Shown here: in pieces, positions 28,551-36,980 of the stretch | How the letters are laid out: each line of letters opens with the position of its first letter | Numbering within the stretch: position 1 is the stretch's first letter | Sequence record: NZ_CP072388.1 | DNA length: 64,000 nt | Direction: 5' to 3' (one strand) | From: a plasmid | Made by a program: the position numbers and the translations under genes | Notes under the pieces: model-generated | Databases searched by the model: none | What the model saw: only the letters and a program-made list of their open reading frames with translations | Told to the model about the DNA's origin: nothing

Positions 28551-29003
28551 CTACGTTGTCGTATGCGGTACCGCTTTGCCATTAACGAGAACCTCGACAG
28601 CGTCGTCGACGGAATTCTCGACCGGGATCTCCACAACGTGACTAAAAGGAACGCTATCCGCGGTGCAGCTCATGTTGTTGCTGCGCGCCATCTCGAGAGC
28701 GAGAGTTGTCGATCCTTGCCAAGCGATCCCCACCGGGATCGCTGGGCAGCTGGAACTACCCCAGGACGTGACCGTGAGCGTCGGCGGCTCGGCGGTCGGG
28801 TCGATGACTACATTCGACTGCCCCTCCGGCGGTGGCCTGAGCGTCGAGTCCTCGGTGGGAAACGAGTCGACAGCGATCGAGACAGCGGGCACGCCAGTCC
28901 TGGATGCGGGAGGCGGGTCACTAGAGGGCGCCGCACAGCCGGTGATGACGCCAACGACGAGCAACCCAGTGAAAAGCACCGGCACGTAGGCGGCTCGCCT
29001 CAT
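28551..29003 (-). CDS. lipoprotein (lipobox ITGC), co-operonic with the S1 protease
   Basis: Signal peptide plus Cys, 150 aa, 8-bp gap to the protease gene. Confidence 0.55.
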   Translation of the reverse strand: MRRAAYVPVLFTGLLVVGVITGCAAPSSDPPPASRTGVPAVSIAVDSFPTEDSTLRPPPEGQSNVVIDPTAEPPTLTVTSWGSSSCPAIPVGIAWQGSTTLALEMARSNNMSCTADSVPFSHVVEIPVENSVDDAVEVLVNGKAVPHTTT

Positions 29004-29239
29004 TGACTATCCCCCAAAGTCAAGGTGGTGGAAGGAGAGTGCCATAAGTTCGGATGGTCGACAAGGGTCGGGCGCGCGGTCCGTGCTCGGCCGCGAACGA
29101 GTAAGGGGCACGTTGAGCGTCTGAGCGTGGCGAGACTCAGCCGCGTCGCTCGCCGAAGATCAGGGTGCTCGAGGGCGCGTTCTTGCGCGGTGCAGGGGCA
29201 CGGCAGATCCCTGCGCCTTGAGGCCCGCTGCGCGGGCTG

Positions 29240-29539
29240 TTCGTGCCGCTGCGCGGCCCGGTGTTGTCCCGCGCTGCGCGCGGGGGAGTCGTCCCCTCCT
29301 GGCTCTCCATCATCGACCGCGCGACCCTGCGCGCAACCGACCTCGCTGCGCGTCCCGGCCCGGCGAAACTCGGCGGCCTGCGGTCGCTGCGCTCCCTGAG
29401 CTCGGCCGGCGAGCCCCGCCGTTCCGGGACCGGTCGGTTGCGCTCTGGGCCGCTTGTGCGGTCGGTGATTACGGAGCCAGGAGGGGGCGAAAAACGGTCG
29501 GGACCACCGGCCACCCACCTGCTGGCGGGAAGGGTCACC
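29240..29539 (+). repeat. R1 leader repeat, copy 3
   Basis: See copies 1 and 2. Ends ...ctggcgggaagggtcacc-ATG. Confidence 0.8.
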
Positions 29540-29929
29540 ATGACCACCAACTCCGCGCACGTCTTCGGTGAGCCGATCCACGTCTACACCCGCGCCCGGG
29601 CCCTGGCCGACGGCGTCCTGGTCGACGCCGGGCCGCTGGCCGGTGAGGCAGGGTTCCGCTGGCCCGTCGCGCTCACCCAGGCGGCTCACGCCGAGGCTGT
29701 CACCTGGAACCCCGAGCACGGCCCCGGGCAGGACGAGACCGGCCGACTGTGGGACGTGCTCTGGCTCGCCACCATCGCGGCCCGCGCGGGCCGCTCCCGG
29801 TTTACCGTGGCCCGCGTCCCCAATCTCCCGGGCCAGGACGAGGCCCAGGGCCTCGACCTCGTGCTCCACGTCGGCCCCGGCGACACGGGCGAACCGGTCG
29901 TGACGATCAGCCTCCCCGGCGAGGACTGA
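29540..29929 (+). CDS. small hypothetical protein (129 aa)
   Basis: ATG directly after R1 copy 3. Followed by hairpin GCGGCGGGCC-agcagc-GGCCCGCCGC. Confidence 0.5.
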   Translation: MTTNSAHVFGEPIHVYTRARALADGVLVDAGPLAGEAGFRWPVALTQAAHAEAVTWNPEHGPGQDETGRLWDVLWLATIAARAGRSRFTVARVPNLPGQDEAQGLDLVLHVGPGDTGEPVVTISLPGED

Positions 29930-30004
29930 CCGCCACCGCGGCGGGCCAGCAGCGGCCCGCCGCGGCCCCACGCCCGACCGGCCCCGGCCCACGAAGGGAC
30001 CACC

Positions 30005-30337
30005 ATGACCACCGAGCACCAGACCATGCGCCAGCGCGTGGCCGCCATCAACTCCCACCCCGCCGAGCTCGAGCCCGAGCAGCGCGCCGCGCTCGAGGAG
30101 CGCGTCCGTCGCCGCCTGCCCGGCTACCCCGACCAGTACGTCATCCAGTACGCGAACGGCGATGCCGATTTCGCGCTCTGGCTCGCCCTGGTCGACGTCC
30201 GGCTCATGCGCCGAATCTGGCTCACCCACCGCGCTATCGCGGACCGCCCCTGGCGCGAGGACTACGACGCGGGCCGCGACCCCATCGACGCCGCCGACGA
30301 GGCGGCCGAGGAGGAAGCCGGCCACCACTTCGACTGA
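30005..30337 (+). CDS. small acidic hypothetical protein (110 aa), acidic C-terminal tail (AADEAAEEEAGHHFD)
   Basis: RBS gaaggga upstream. Followed by hairpin GGGCCGGGCG-caagaa-CGCCCGGCCC. Confidence 0.5.
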   Translation: MTTEHQTMRQRVAAINSHPAELEPEQRAALEERVRRRLPGYPDQYVIQYANGDADFALWLALVDVRLMRRIWLTHRAIADRPWREDYDAGRDPIDAADEAAEEEAGHHFD

Positions 30338-30487
30338 ACCACCAGCGGGCCGGGCGCAAGAACGCCCGGCCCGCCCCTCACCTGAGGTATACATACAGAT
30401 GCGCTAGATGTATACTTGAGGTGTTGGAAGGGCACGCAACGGCCGGAGACCACCGGCCACCCGGCACCAACGCAAAGGAGGGCCCTC

Positions 30488-30769
30488 GTGGCTCAGCACA
30501 CCATCGCCGCCCAGGACGCGAGCCGCGCGTCGTTCGAGGCCAGCATCGAGGCCGCCAAGCGCCACGCGCGGGAGACCGGCGAGGACCTGTACGACGTGCT
30601 GGATCGGATGGACCGCAACGACGCGAGCGTCGTCCCGGCGATCCACCCCCTGATCAGCGCCGACAAGGCCCACCTGGCCCAGCGCATGCGCGGCGCCCTG
30701 TGGATCGATCCGACCGGACGCCGCACCTACACCCCGCCCGCGCGCACCCTGGGCGAGCTGCTCGCCTGA
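30488..30769 (+). CDS. small hypothetical protein (93 aa)
   Basis: GTG start preceded by aaggaggg. Downstream of the AT-rich palindromic site at 30395-30430. Confidence 0.45.
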   Translation: MAQHTIAAQDASRASFEASIEAAKRHARETGEDLYDVLDRMDRNDASVVPAIHPLISADKAHLAQRMRGALWIDPTGRRTYTPPARTLGELLA

Positions 30770-30840
30770 CGTGCCCGGTGGGTCGGGAAGGAGACTTCCC
30801 GGCCCACCGGCTGGCCCACCCAGAACCGCACGCGAGCAGG

Positions 30841-31791
30841 AGAGCGCCCATGCTGACCATCACCCACACCCGCGAGGCTGGAACCCTTATCGACGGGACC
30901 GAGCGCGGCGACGGAACGAACGTCATCCTCAAGGCCAACGGCTGGCGGTTCAGCCGCAGCCTGGCCGGTTGGTTCATCCCGCAGTCGCGGGACCGCGCCG
31001 TCAAGGCGTGGAAGATCAACGCGACCGCGGCCGCGCTGCGCGAGGCCGGCCACACGGTCGAGGTCCACGTCGACGACACCGCCCGCCCGGCCGCCGTCGT
31101 CGAGGCCGACAAGATCGCCCGACAGGCCGACCGCACCGCGGCCCTGGCCGCCAAGGCTGACCGCAAGACCGCCGCCGCCGATGCCGCCTACGCCCGGCAC
31201 GAGGCCGCCGTCGAGCGGCTGCCCGAGGGAGGGGAGCCGATCAAGATCGGCCACCACTCCGAGAAGCGCCACCGCCGCGACACCGAGCGCGCATGGTCCA
31301 CGCTCGGCACCGCCGTCCACGCCCAGCGCGACGCCGAGGACGCCCAGGAGGCAGCGGCGACCGCCGCCGCGACGACCGGCGCCCGGTACAACCCCGTCAC
31401 CGTCGGGAACAGGATCGACCGGCTGGCCGCACAGATCCGCAAGTACGAGCGCGAGCTGGTCGCGCCGGTCTACGACCTCGACACCGGATACCGGCCCGCG
31501 ACCGAGCACGAGCAGGCCCGGCGCCGTCGACGCCTCGAGCCGGCCATCGCCGAGACCCGCGACAACCTCGCGCACTGGCAGGACGTGCGCGCCCAGCAGA
31601 TCGCCGACGGCACCGTCACCGCATACGGGCCGCACAACGTCGCCAAGGGCGACGAGGTCAAGATCGGCCACTGGTGGCGACGCGTCGCCCGCGTCAACGC
31701 CAAGTCCGTGAGCGTCGAGACCGACTACTCCTGGACCGACCGCGCCCCGTGGCACGAGGTCACCGACCACCGCCCGGCCCAGGCCACGTGA
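30841..31791 (+). CDS. hypothetical protein (316 aa), DUF3560-like family common in actinobacterial mobile elements
   Basis: RBS ggagag upstream. No catalytic motif recognised. Family assignment is from memory, not a search. Confidence 0.55.
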   Translation, partial: RAPMLTITHTREAGTLIDGTERGDGTNVILKANGWRFSRSLAGWFIPQSRDRAVKAWKINATAAALREAGHTVEVHVDDTARPAAVVEADKIARQADRTAALAAKADRKTAAADAAYARHEAAVERLPEGGEPIKIGHHSEKRHRRDTERAWSTLGTAVHAQRDAEDAQEAAATAAATTGARYNPVTVGNRIDRLAAQIRKYERELVAPVYDLDTGYRPATEHEQARRRRRLEPAIAETRDNLAHWQDVRAQQIADGTVTAYGPHNVAKGDEVKIGHWWRRVARVNAKSVSVETDYSWTDRAPWHEVTDHRPAQAT

Positions 31792-31859
31792 CCGACAGCC
31801 AGGGCGGGCCGCACCCGGCCCGCCCTGGCCCAGCCCGTACCGACACCAGGAGAACCGCC

Positions 31860-32723
31860 ATGACCACCGCCACCGCACCCCGAACCCGTAGGCTCACCCG
31901 TGCACGCCGCGCCGCCGTGGGGGACTTGCCGCCCCCCACACCCCCCGCCTCCGGCGCGGCTCACCACCGCCTGCAACCCCGAGGTGCCCTTCCCATGACC
32001 ACCCGCCGCGTCGACGCGCTGCCCGACGAGCACGCCGGCCCGATCCTCGAGCTGCTCGAGCGCGTGCGCGCAGCCGCGACCGCGCCTGACGGCGATGGGG
32101 GAGCGTGGGCCGCGGCCGAAGCGGGGCAAGCCCGGGTCCGCACCGGGTACAAGGCCGCCCGCCGCACCCTGTCCGCCGGGCAGTACGCCGCGCACACCCT
32201 GCGCCTGCTCGCCCTGACCCAGCCCGAGGCCGACCGCGAACCGTGGACCAACGCCCTGGCCCACGCCGGCGCACCGATCGGCTCTTGGGACTGGGACGAG
32301 CGCATGCAAGGCGCGCTCGACCTGCGCCGCACCTTCAAGGACCTGCCCGAGCCGCTGCCCGAGACCGTGCGCTCGGTCCGGCTCGTGTCCGCCTGGCTCA
32401 CCCACGCCAGCGGCACCGGGCTCGTGCCTGTCACCGCCCGCCTCGCCGCCCACGTCCTCGAGCTCGAGCCCGACGGCGACGTCCTCGCCGCCGCCTGGTA
32501 CGCCACCCACGGCACCCGGCTCCTGGCCGAGCTCACTGCCAACGGCACACCCACCAGCGGAGCGCCCGACCTCGACGAAGCCCACCAACGCGCACTCCTG
32601 CGCACCGCCGTGCGCGGCCTCTATAGCGCGCAGCTGCTCACCAAGGTCGACCTCGCCGCCCGCGCCGGCGTCACACGGCGCACCCTCGACGCTTGGACGG
32701 CCAGTGCAGAGGCTCAGACGTAG
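31860..32723 (+). CDS. hypothetical protein with C-terminal HTH-like segment (VDLAARAGVTRRTLDAW)
   Basis: Internal ATG of ORF 31293..32723, preceded by aggagaacc. Confidence 0.5.
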   Translation: MTTATAPRTRRLTRARRAAVGDLPPPTPPASGAAHHRLQPRGALPMTTRRVDALPDEHAGPILELLERVRAAATAPDGDGGAWAAAEAGQARVRTGYKAARRTLSAGQYAAHTLRLLALTQPEADREPWTNALAHAGAPIGSWDWDERMQGALDLRRTFKDLPEPLPETVRSVRLVSAWLTHASGTGLVPVTARLAAHVLELEPDGDVLAAAWYATHGTRLLAELTANGTPTSGAPDLDEAHQRALLRTAVRGLYSAQLLTKVDLAARAGVTRRTLDAWTASAEAQT

Positions 32724-33772
32724 ATCGCGAGGGGAACCACGCGGAACGACTCGCCGCTGACCCGAGAACTGAACGTCAGGTCGACTTGGCTCGCGTCGAA
32801 AGATCCCTCGTTCGGTTCAAGGTTGTCGGCGGCGGTCGCGATGAACTTGGCCAACGCATCGACGCCGTCGGCCCCGATGCGGGACAGGAGCTTGTTGCGC
32901 CGAAGGATGGGCGCGTCGGCCTCCAGGCTGGACGTAACCTTGCCTAAGACGGTGAACTCGCCATCCAGGATGCGATCCTCATCATCGACCGTGAAATGTC
33001 CGGTGTCACAGATGGTGACCGCAGTGACCGTCGCGTCGCCAGAGGCGATCGCGCCGTAGTACTCCCGTGTCGTCGTGCTGCGGAAGTCGGTCTTGACGGC
33101 CCGTGTGATCGCCCCGGCCAGTTCTCCTCGCGCCCCGGCCTCAAGGTCGATTCTGAGGGCCGCCTTCTGTACGTCCTCGTGGGTCCCGTAACCCTCGAAC
33201 AGCTTCGCCTCGGACAGCTTGTGCTGGGTTCGTGTGATCGTCTCCACGAGCTCGGGCGTTACAACGTCCATGAGCGTCGTCACCTCGCTGGGGCGGAACC
33301 ACGCTCGGTACTCAACGAAATCGCCCGCCTTGAGGTGTCGTGCATCGTCAAGGTTGGCGACCGTCCGCAGCACCTCAGCGTCGCGCAGTGCCTTGCGCAC
33401 GAGGTTGAGGTAGTACGCCTGCGAGTAGACGAAGTTCTGCACCGCACGCGTACTCGTCGCACTTGCTCCCTCGTGGCCTCGCAGGTAGCTGTAGTCCGCT
33501 TGTGCCTTCACCTTGGCGATCAAGGGCGTATTGGCCTCACCGGCAACCTGAACCCCGGCATTGTGCTCGCTCTTCTGCCCTGTCGATGACGTACCTTCGT
33601 TCTCGAACGTCTCGTCGACCACCAAGGGACGCTCGAAGAACTGCTGGACCACGCCGGCTACGTGCTCACCGTGCTGATAGATCGTCACGGTAGGCGCAAG
33701 TACTTGGTCCTTGACCTGCTCTTCTGGGGACAGCGGCTCCGTCGTCATGAAGCATGACGATTCCATAAGCAC
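32714..33772 (-). CDS. hypothetical protein (352 aa), opposite orientation to flanking genes, lower GC
   Basis: No P-loop, nuclease or TM motif. Compositionally distinct from neighbours. Convergent with the 31860 gene. Confidence 0.55.
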   Translation of the reverse strand: MLMESSCFMTTEPLSPEEQVKDQVLAPTVTIYQHGEHVAGVVQQFFERPLVVDETFENEGTSSTGQKSEHNAGVQVAGEANTPLIAKVKAQADYSYLRGHEGASATSTRAVQNFVYSQAYYLNLVRKALRDAEVLRTVANLDDARHLKAGDFVEYRAWFRPSEVTTLMDVVTPELVETITRTQHKLSEAKLFEGYGTHEDVQKAALRIDLEAGARGELAGAITRAVKTDFRSTTTREYYGAIASGDATVTAVTICDTGHFTVDDEDRILDGEFTVLGKVTSSLEADAPILRRNKLLSRIGADGVDALAKFIATAADNLEPNEGSFDASQVDLTFSSRVSGESFRVVPLAIYV

Positions 33773-33846
33773 GGCGGGGACTTGGCGTTTGTGGTCTCCG
33801 TGTCGCAGCCGGCCGTTGCGCCTGAATAGGCTCCGCGTCTCGTCAA

Positions 33847-34089
33847 TCAGAAGCTGCGCCGGGGGCGTCCTGGGCCACGCCGGCGGTCTTCAATCCCTTC
33901 GAGGCTTGCAGCAGTCCAGACTGGGCCGCCGTTGAGCTGGCCCTCAGCCTTGGGGAGCCAGTCTGCGCCGCGGTGGCGCGCTGAACGCAGGGACGCGTGG
34001 GCCATGCCGAGCCGTTGGGCCAGACGAGCCACGTCGTACAGCCCGCCCGGCCCGGGACCCGGATCGCGCGGGCCGTCCGGCCGAGATTC
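33847..34089 (-). CDS. excisionase/AlpA-like HTH DNA-binding protein (start uncertain; ORF extends to 34146)
   Basis: LYDVARLAQRLGMAHASLRSARHRGADWLP resembles Xis/MerR-type HTH proteins. Confidence 0.4.
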   Translation of the reverse strand, partial: ESRPDGPRDPGPGPGGLYDVARLAQRLGMAHASLRSARHRGADWLPKAEGQLNGGPVWTAASLEGIEDRRRGPGRPRRSF

Positions 34090-34160
34090 CTTGCTCACCC
34101 GGCCACGGTAACAGCACGCTCTCGTTCTGCTTCTGTTAAACTGCAACGCGTCCGTTCTGA

Positions 34161-35126
34161 TTGATGGAGGTCGTCGTGTCCCACGTTGAGCCGGTGAACC
34201 GCGCTGCTGCTGGCCCCTCGGTCCGGATCCGCGACGCGGTCCGGCGCCGGTTCGATCGAGGCTCGGAGGAGGGTCAGGCTGAGCCGGGGGAGGGCTACGA
34301 GTCGTTCCCGCGCTGGCCGGTGGTTGCTCTCGCTGCAGGCGCGTTCGTCGCGATCTGGGGTGGGTGGGTCGACTTGGGCCGGATGGCCGGCTTCGGTCCG
34401 GTGAACCTGTTGCCCGGGATCATGGACCTGACGGTGAACCTCGCGATCACCCTGCCGCTGGGCATGGAGGTCTACGCTGCGTTCGCGCTCGGCGTGTGGC
34501 TCACGCACCGCAACGTCCGTCCGGCCGCGCGGACGTTCGCGGGATGGTCGGTCCTGGCCTCGCTGGTGATCGGCGCCGCGGGCCAGATCACCTATCACCT
34601 GCTCCACGCCGCTGGCATCGAACGGGCGCCCTGGCAGGTCGTGGTCGGTGTCGCGTGCGTGCCGGTCGCCGTCATGGGTATGGGCGCCGCGCTGGCCCAC
34701 CTGCTGGGCGTGCGCCGGCCCCGGCCGGCCCTGCCTGTGGTCGAGGAAACCGCGACGGCCGAGGCGAGCACGTCGACGCCCTCGACCGCTCCCGCGAGCA
34801 TGACGGAGTCGGCGCCGATCGCGGAGCTGTCTCCGGTTCCGGCCGTCGTCGAGCCGGCCGTCGAGCCGGTCGTCGTCGTGGCGAGCCAGGTGCAGGACGA
34901 GCCTGGCCAGGAGCTGGACCCGGCCGCCATGACCACGGAGCAGCGCGACGCGTTCATCCTCGAGCTCGCGCGCGACGCTCGCTCCGAGCGTGACATCGCG
35001 GCGCGCGTGCCGTGGTCGCGGTCCACCGTGAACCGCGTCCTGCGCAAGCACGACGTCGTGCTGAACCCGCCGAACCAGGCTCGGCTGGAGTGGGCCACCG
35101 ACCGTGGGGAGGCGGCTCTGGCGTGA
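34161..35126 (+). CDS. membrane protein with C-terminal HTH (DUF2637/SpdB-like architecture)
   Basis: About four TM helices in the N-terminal half, then a Pro/Ala/Glu-rich linker and RSTVNRVLRKH at the C-terminus. Confidence 0.5.
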   Translation: MMEVVVSHVEPVNRAAAGPSVRIRDAVRRRFDRGSEEGQAEPGEGYESFPRWPVVALAAGAFVAIWGGWVDLGRMAGFGPVNLLPGIMDLTVNLAITLPLGMEVYAAFALGVWLTHRNVRPAARTFAGWSVLASLVIGAAGQITYHLLHAAGIERAPWQVVVGVACVPVAVMGMGAALAHLLGVRRPRPALPVVEETATAEASTSTPSTAPASMTESAPIAELSPVPAVVEPAVEPVVVVASQVQDEPGQELDPAAMTTEQRDAFILELARDARSERDIAARVPWSRSTVNRVLRKHDVVLNPPNQARLEWATDRGEAALA

Positions 35127-35455
35127 ACCGCGGGTGCGCCGCGACAGGTCGCCGCGCACAACACGTCGCGGCCCTGCGGGCCGCGGCTGGAGCATCATCT
35201 GTCTTCGGTCCGTCCCTGGCTGCGAGTGTGGCCGGCCGTCCCCGGGCGCAAGCCGGCTCCGCTGCGCTGCGGCCCGCCCATCCGCGACGTTCTCGGCTGC
35301 GCTCCTTCGTCGCTGAGCCCGCCGAGAACGTCGCGCCCGCGCGGGCGTCCCGACTCGCTCGCGGTGCTCGCGCCCTGCGGGTGCGTCCGGGGACGGCTTC
35401 CAGCCAACGCTCTGGCTGCAGGGACGGTCCGAAAAACGACGTGGGGGAGGGCATC

Positions 35456-35707
35456 ATGACCAGCCAGGGGATCGAGGTCACCGTGTACAGCAAGCCGGCG
35501 TGCGTGCAGTGCGACGCGACGTACCGCGCTCTGGACAAGAAGGGGATCGCGTACACCGTGGTGGACATCAGCGCCGACGCCCTCGCGCTCGAGCGGGTGC
35601 GTGCCCTGGGGCACCTCCAGGCCCCGGTCGTCGTCGCCGGTGACGTGTCGTGGTCCGGGTTTCGGCCCGACCAGGTCAATGCCCTCGCGGCCCGTCAGGA
35701 GGTCTGA
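35456..35707 (+). CDS. nrdH: NrdH-like glutaredoxin/redoxin
   Basis: CVQC active site in a thioredoxin fold of about 80 aa. RBS ggggagg upstream. Confidence 0.65.
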   Translation: MTSQGIEVTVYSKPACVQCDATYRALDKKGIAYTVVDISADALALERVRALGHLQAPVVVAGDVSWSGFRPDQVNALAARQEV

Positions 35708-35708
35708 C

Positions 35709-36734
35709 ATGAGCGACGAGTTGACCCGTGAGCGCACGGTGCAGATCAACGCCGCGGCGTGGGAGTTCTGGCGCTTCCATGCGAACAGTGCTGACGACTG
35801 GACCCGGGCCTACCTCGCCGCACGCGGGCTGCGCGGCCTGCAGGCCGGGTACGCGCCCGAGGGGTGGGCTCGGCTGGTGGGCCGCATGCGCGGCCGCGGG
35901 TTCAGCGCGGACGAGATCGTGGCCGCCGGCCTCGCGTTCCGCACCGAATCCGGCTCGGTAGGGGACGTCTTCCGCGACCGCCTGGTGCTGGCGTACCGCG
36001 ACGAGCACGGCGACATCGTCGGGTTCACCGCGCGTCGCAACCCCGCGCTCGACGACGACGGCGATGCGCCGGCGAAGTACCTCAACACGACCGCCACGCC
36101 CGCGTTCGACAAGAGCCGGGACCTGTACGGCCTCGACCCCGCGGCCGCGCGGAACATCCGTGCCGGCGCGCGCGTCGCGGTCGTCGAGGGCGCCCTGGAC
36201 GCCGAGGCCATCCGCCGCACCGGGACCGCCGTGGTCGCCGTGTCCGGGTGCGGCACCGCGGTCACCGCGACGCACCTCGAGCGGCTGCGCGCGATCCACC
36301 CGGACGCCGTCGCGCTGGCCGTGTTCGCGTTCGACGCCGACGCCGCTGGCCGCGGTGCCGCGTCGCGCGTGTGGGACCTGCTCAACGACGTCGAGGCCGG
36401 CACCGCCGGCGCCCTGGTGCTGCCCGAAGGGACCGACCCCGCGCAACTCGTCCAGGACGGCCACGGGCACGCCCTCGCCGAGCGGCTCGCGCAGCCGACC
36501 AGCCTCGCGAGCGTCGTCGTCGACGCCGAGCTCGCACGCCACGACCTGACGATCCCCGAGGGTCGCGTCGCCGGACTGCGCGCCGCGGCCGCACGCGTCG
36601 CACGCATCCCACAGGCGCCCCTGGCACGCGTCGGCGCCCACCTGCACGCACGCCTGGCGCCGCACACCGACCTGGGCACGATCGCCGGCGAGCTCGCCGT
36701 CGCGCATGCAGGCGCGGCGCGCGGGGGCGCGTGA
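35709..36734 (+). CDS. DnaG-like primase core (TOPRIM domain), no zinc finger
   Basis: TOPRIM Glu (VAVVEGALDAEAI) and DxD (FAFDADAAG). The ATG comes 1 nt after the nrdH stop. Confidence 0.7.
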   Translation: MSDELTRERTVQINAAAWEFWRFHANSADDWTRAYLAARGLRGLQAGYAPEGWARLVGRMRGRGFSADEIVAAGLAFRTESGSVGDVFRDRLVLAYRDEHGDIVGFTARRNPALDDDGDAPAKYLNTTATPAFDKSRDLYGLDPAAARNIRAGARVAVVEGALDAEAIRRTGTAVVAVSGCGTAVTATHLERLRAIHPDAVALAVFAFDADAAGRGAASRVWDLLNDVEAGTAGALVLPEGTDPAQLVQDGHGHALAERLAQPTSLASVVVDAELARHDLTIPEGRVAGLRAAAARVARIPQAPLARVGAHLHARLAPHTDLGTIAGELAVAHAGAARGGA

Positions 36735-36787
36735 TGAGCGCGTGCGGCGCCGCTAGGTTGGCGTCGACACCGACAGGGGAGGGCCAC

Positions 36788-36979
36788 ATGTCGATCAGCG
36801 ACGAAGAGCGCGCGCGACGAGCCGACGACGCCGCCAGGATCCGCCACAGCACCGAGCTCGAGGGCGGCCGCACCGACGACGCCGCACGGGCGATCCAAGA
36901 CCAGTACGTGCGCGGCGAGATCGACAGCGAGGAGCTGGTCCGACGCACCAAGGCCTACCTGAACCTGCCGGAGCGCTGA
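36788..36979 (+). CDS. VbhA-like Fic antitoxin
   Basis: Inhibitory motif HSTELEGG ((S/T)xxxE(G/N)). 63 aa, immediately upstream of the Fic gene. Confidence 0.65.
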   Translation: MSISDEERARRADDAARIRHSTELEGGRTDDAARAIQDQYVRGEIDSEELVRRTKAYLNLPER

Positions 36980-36980
36980 C

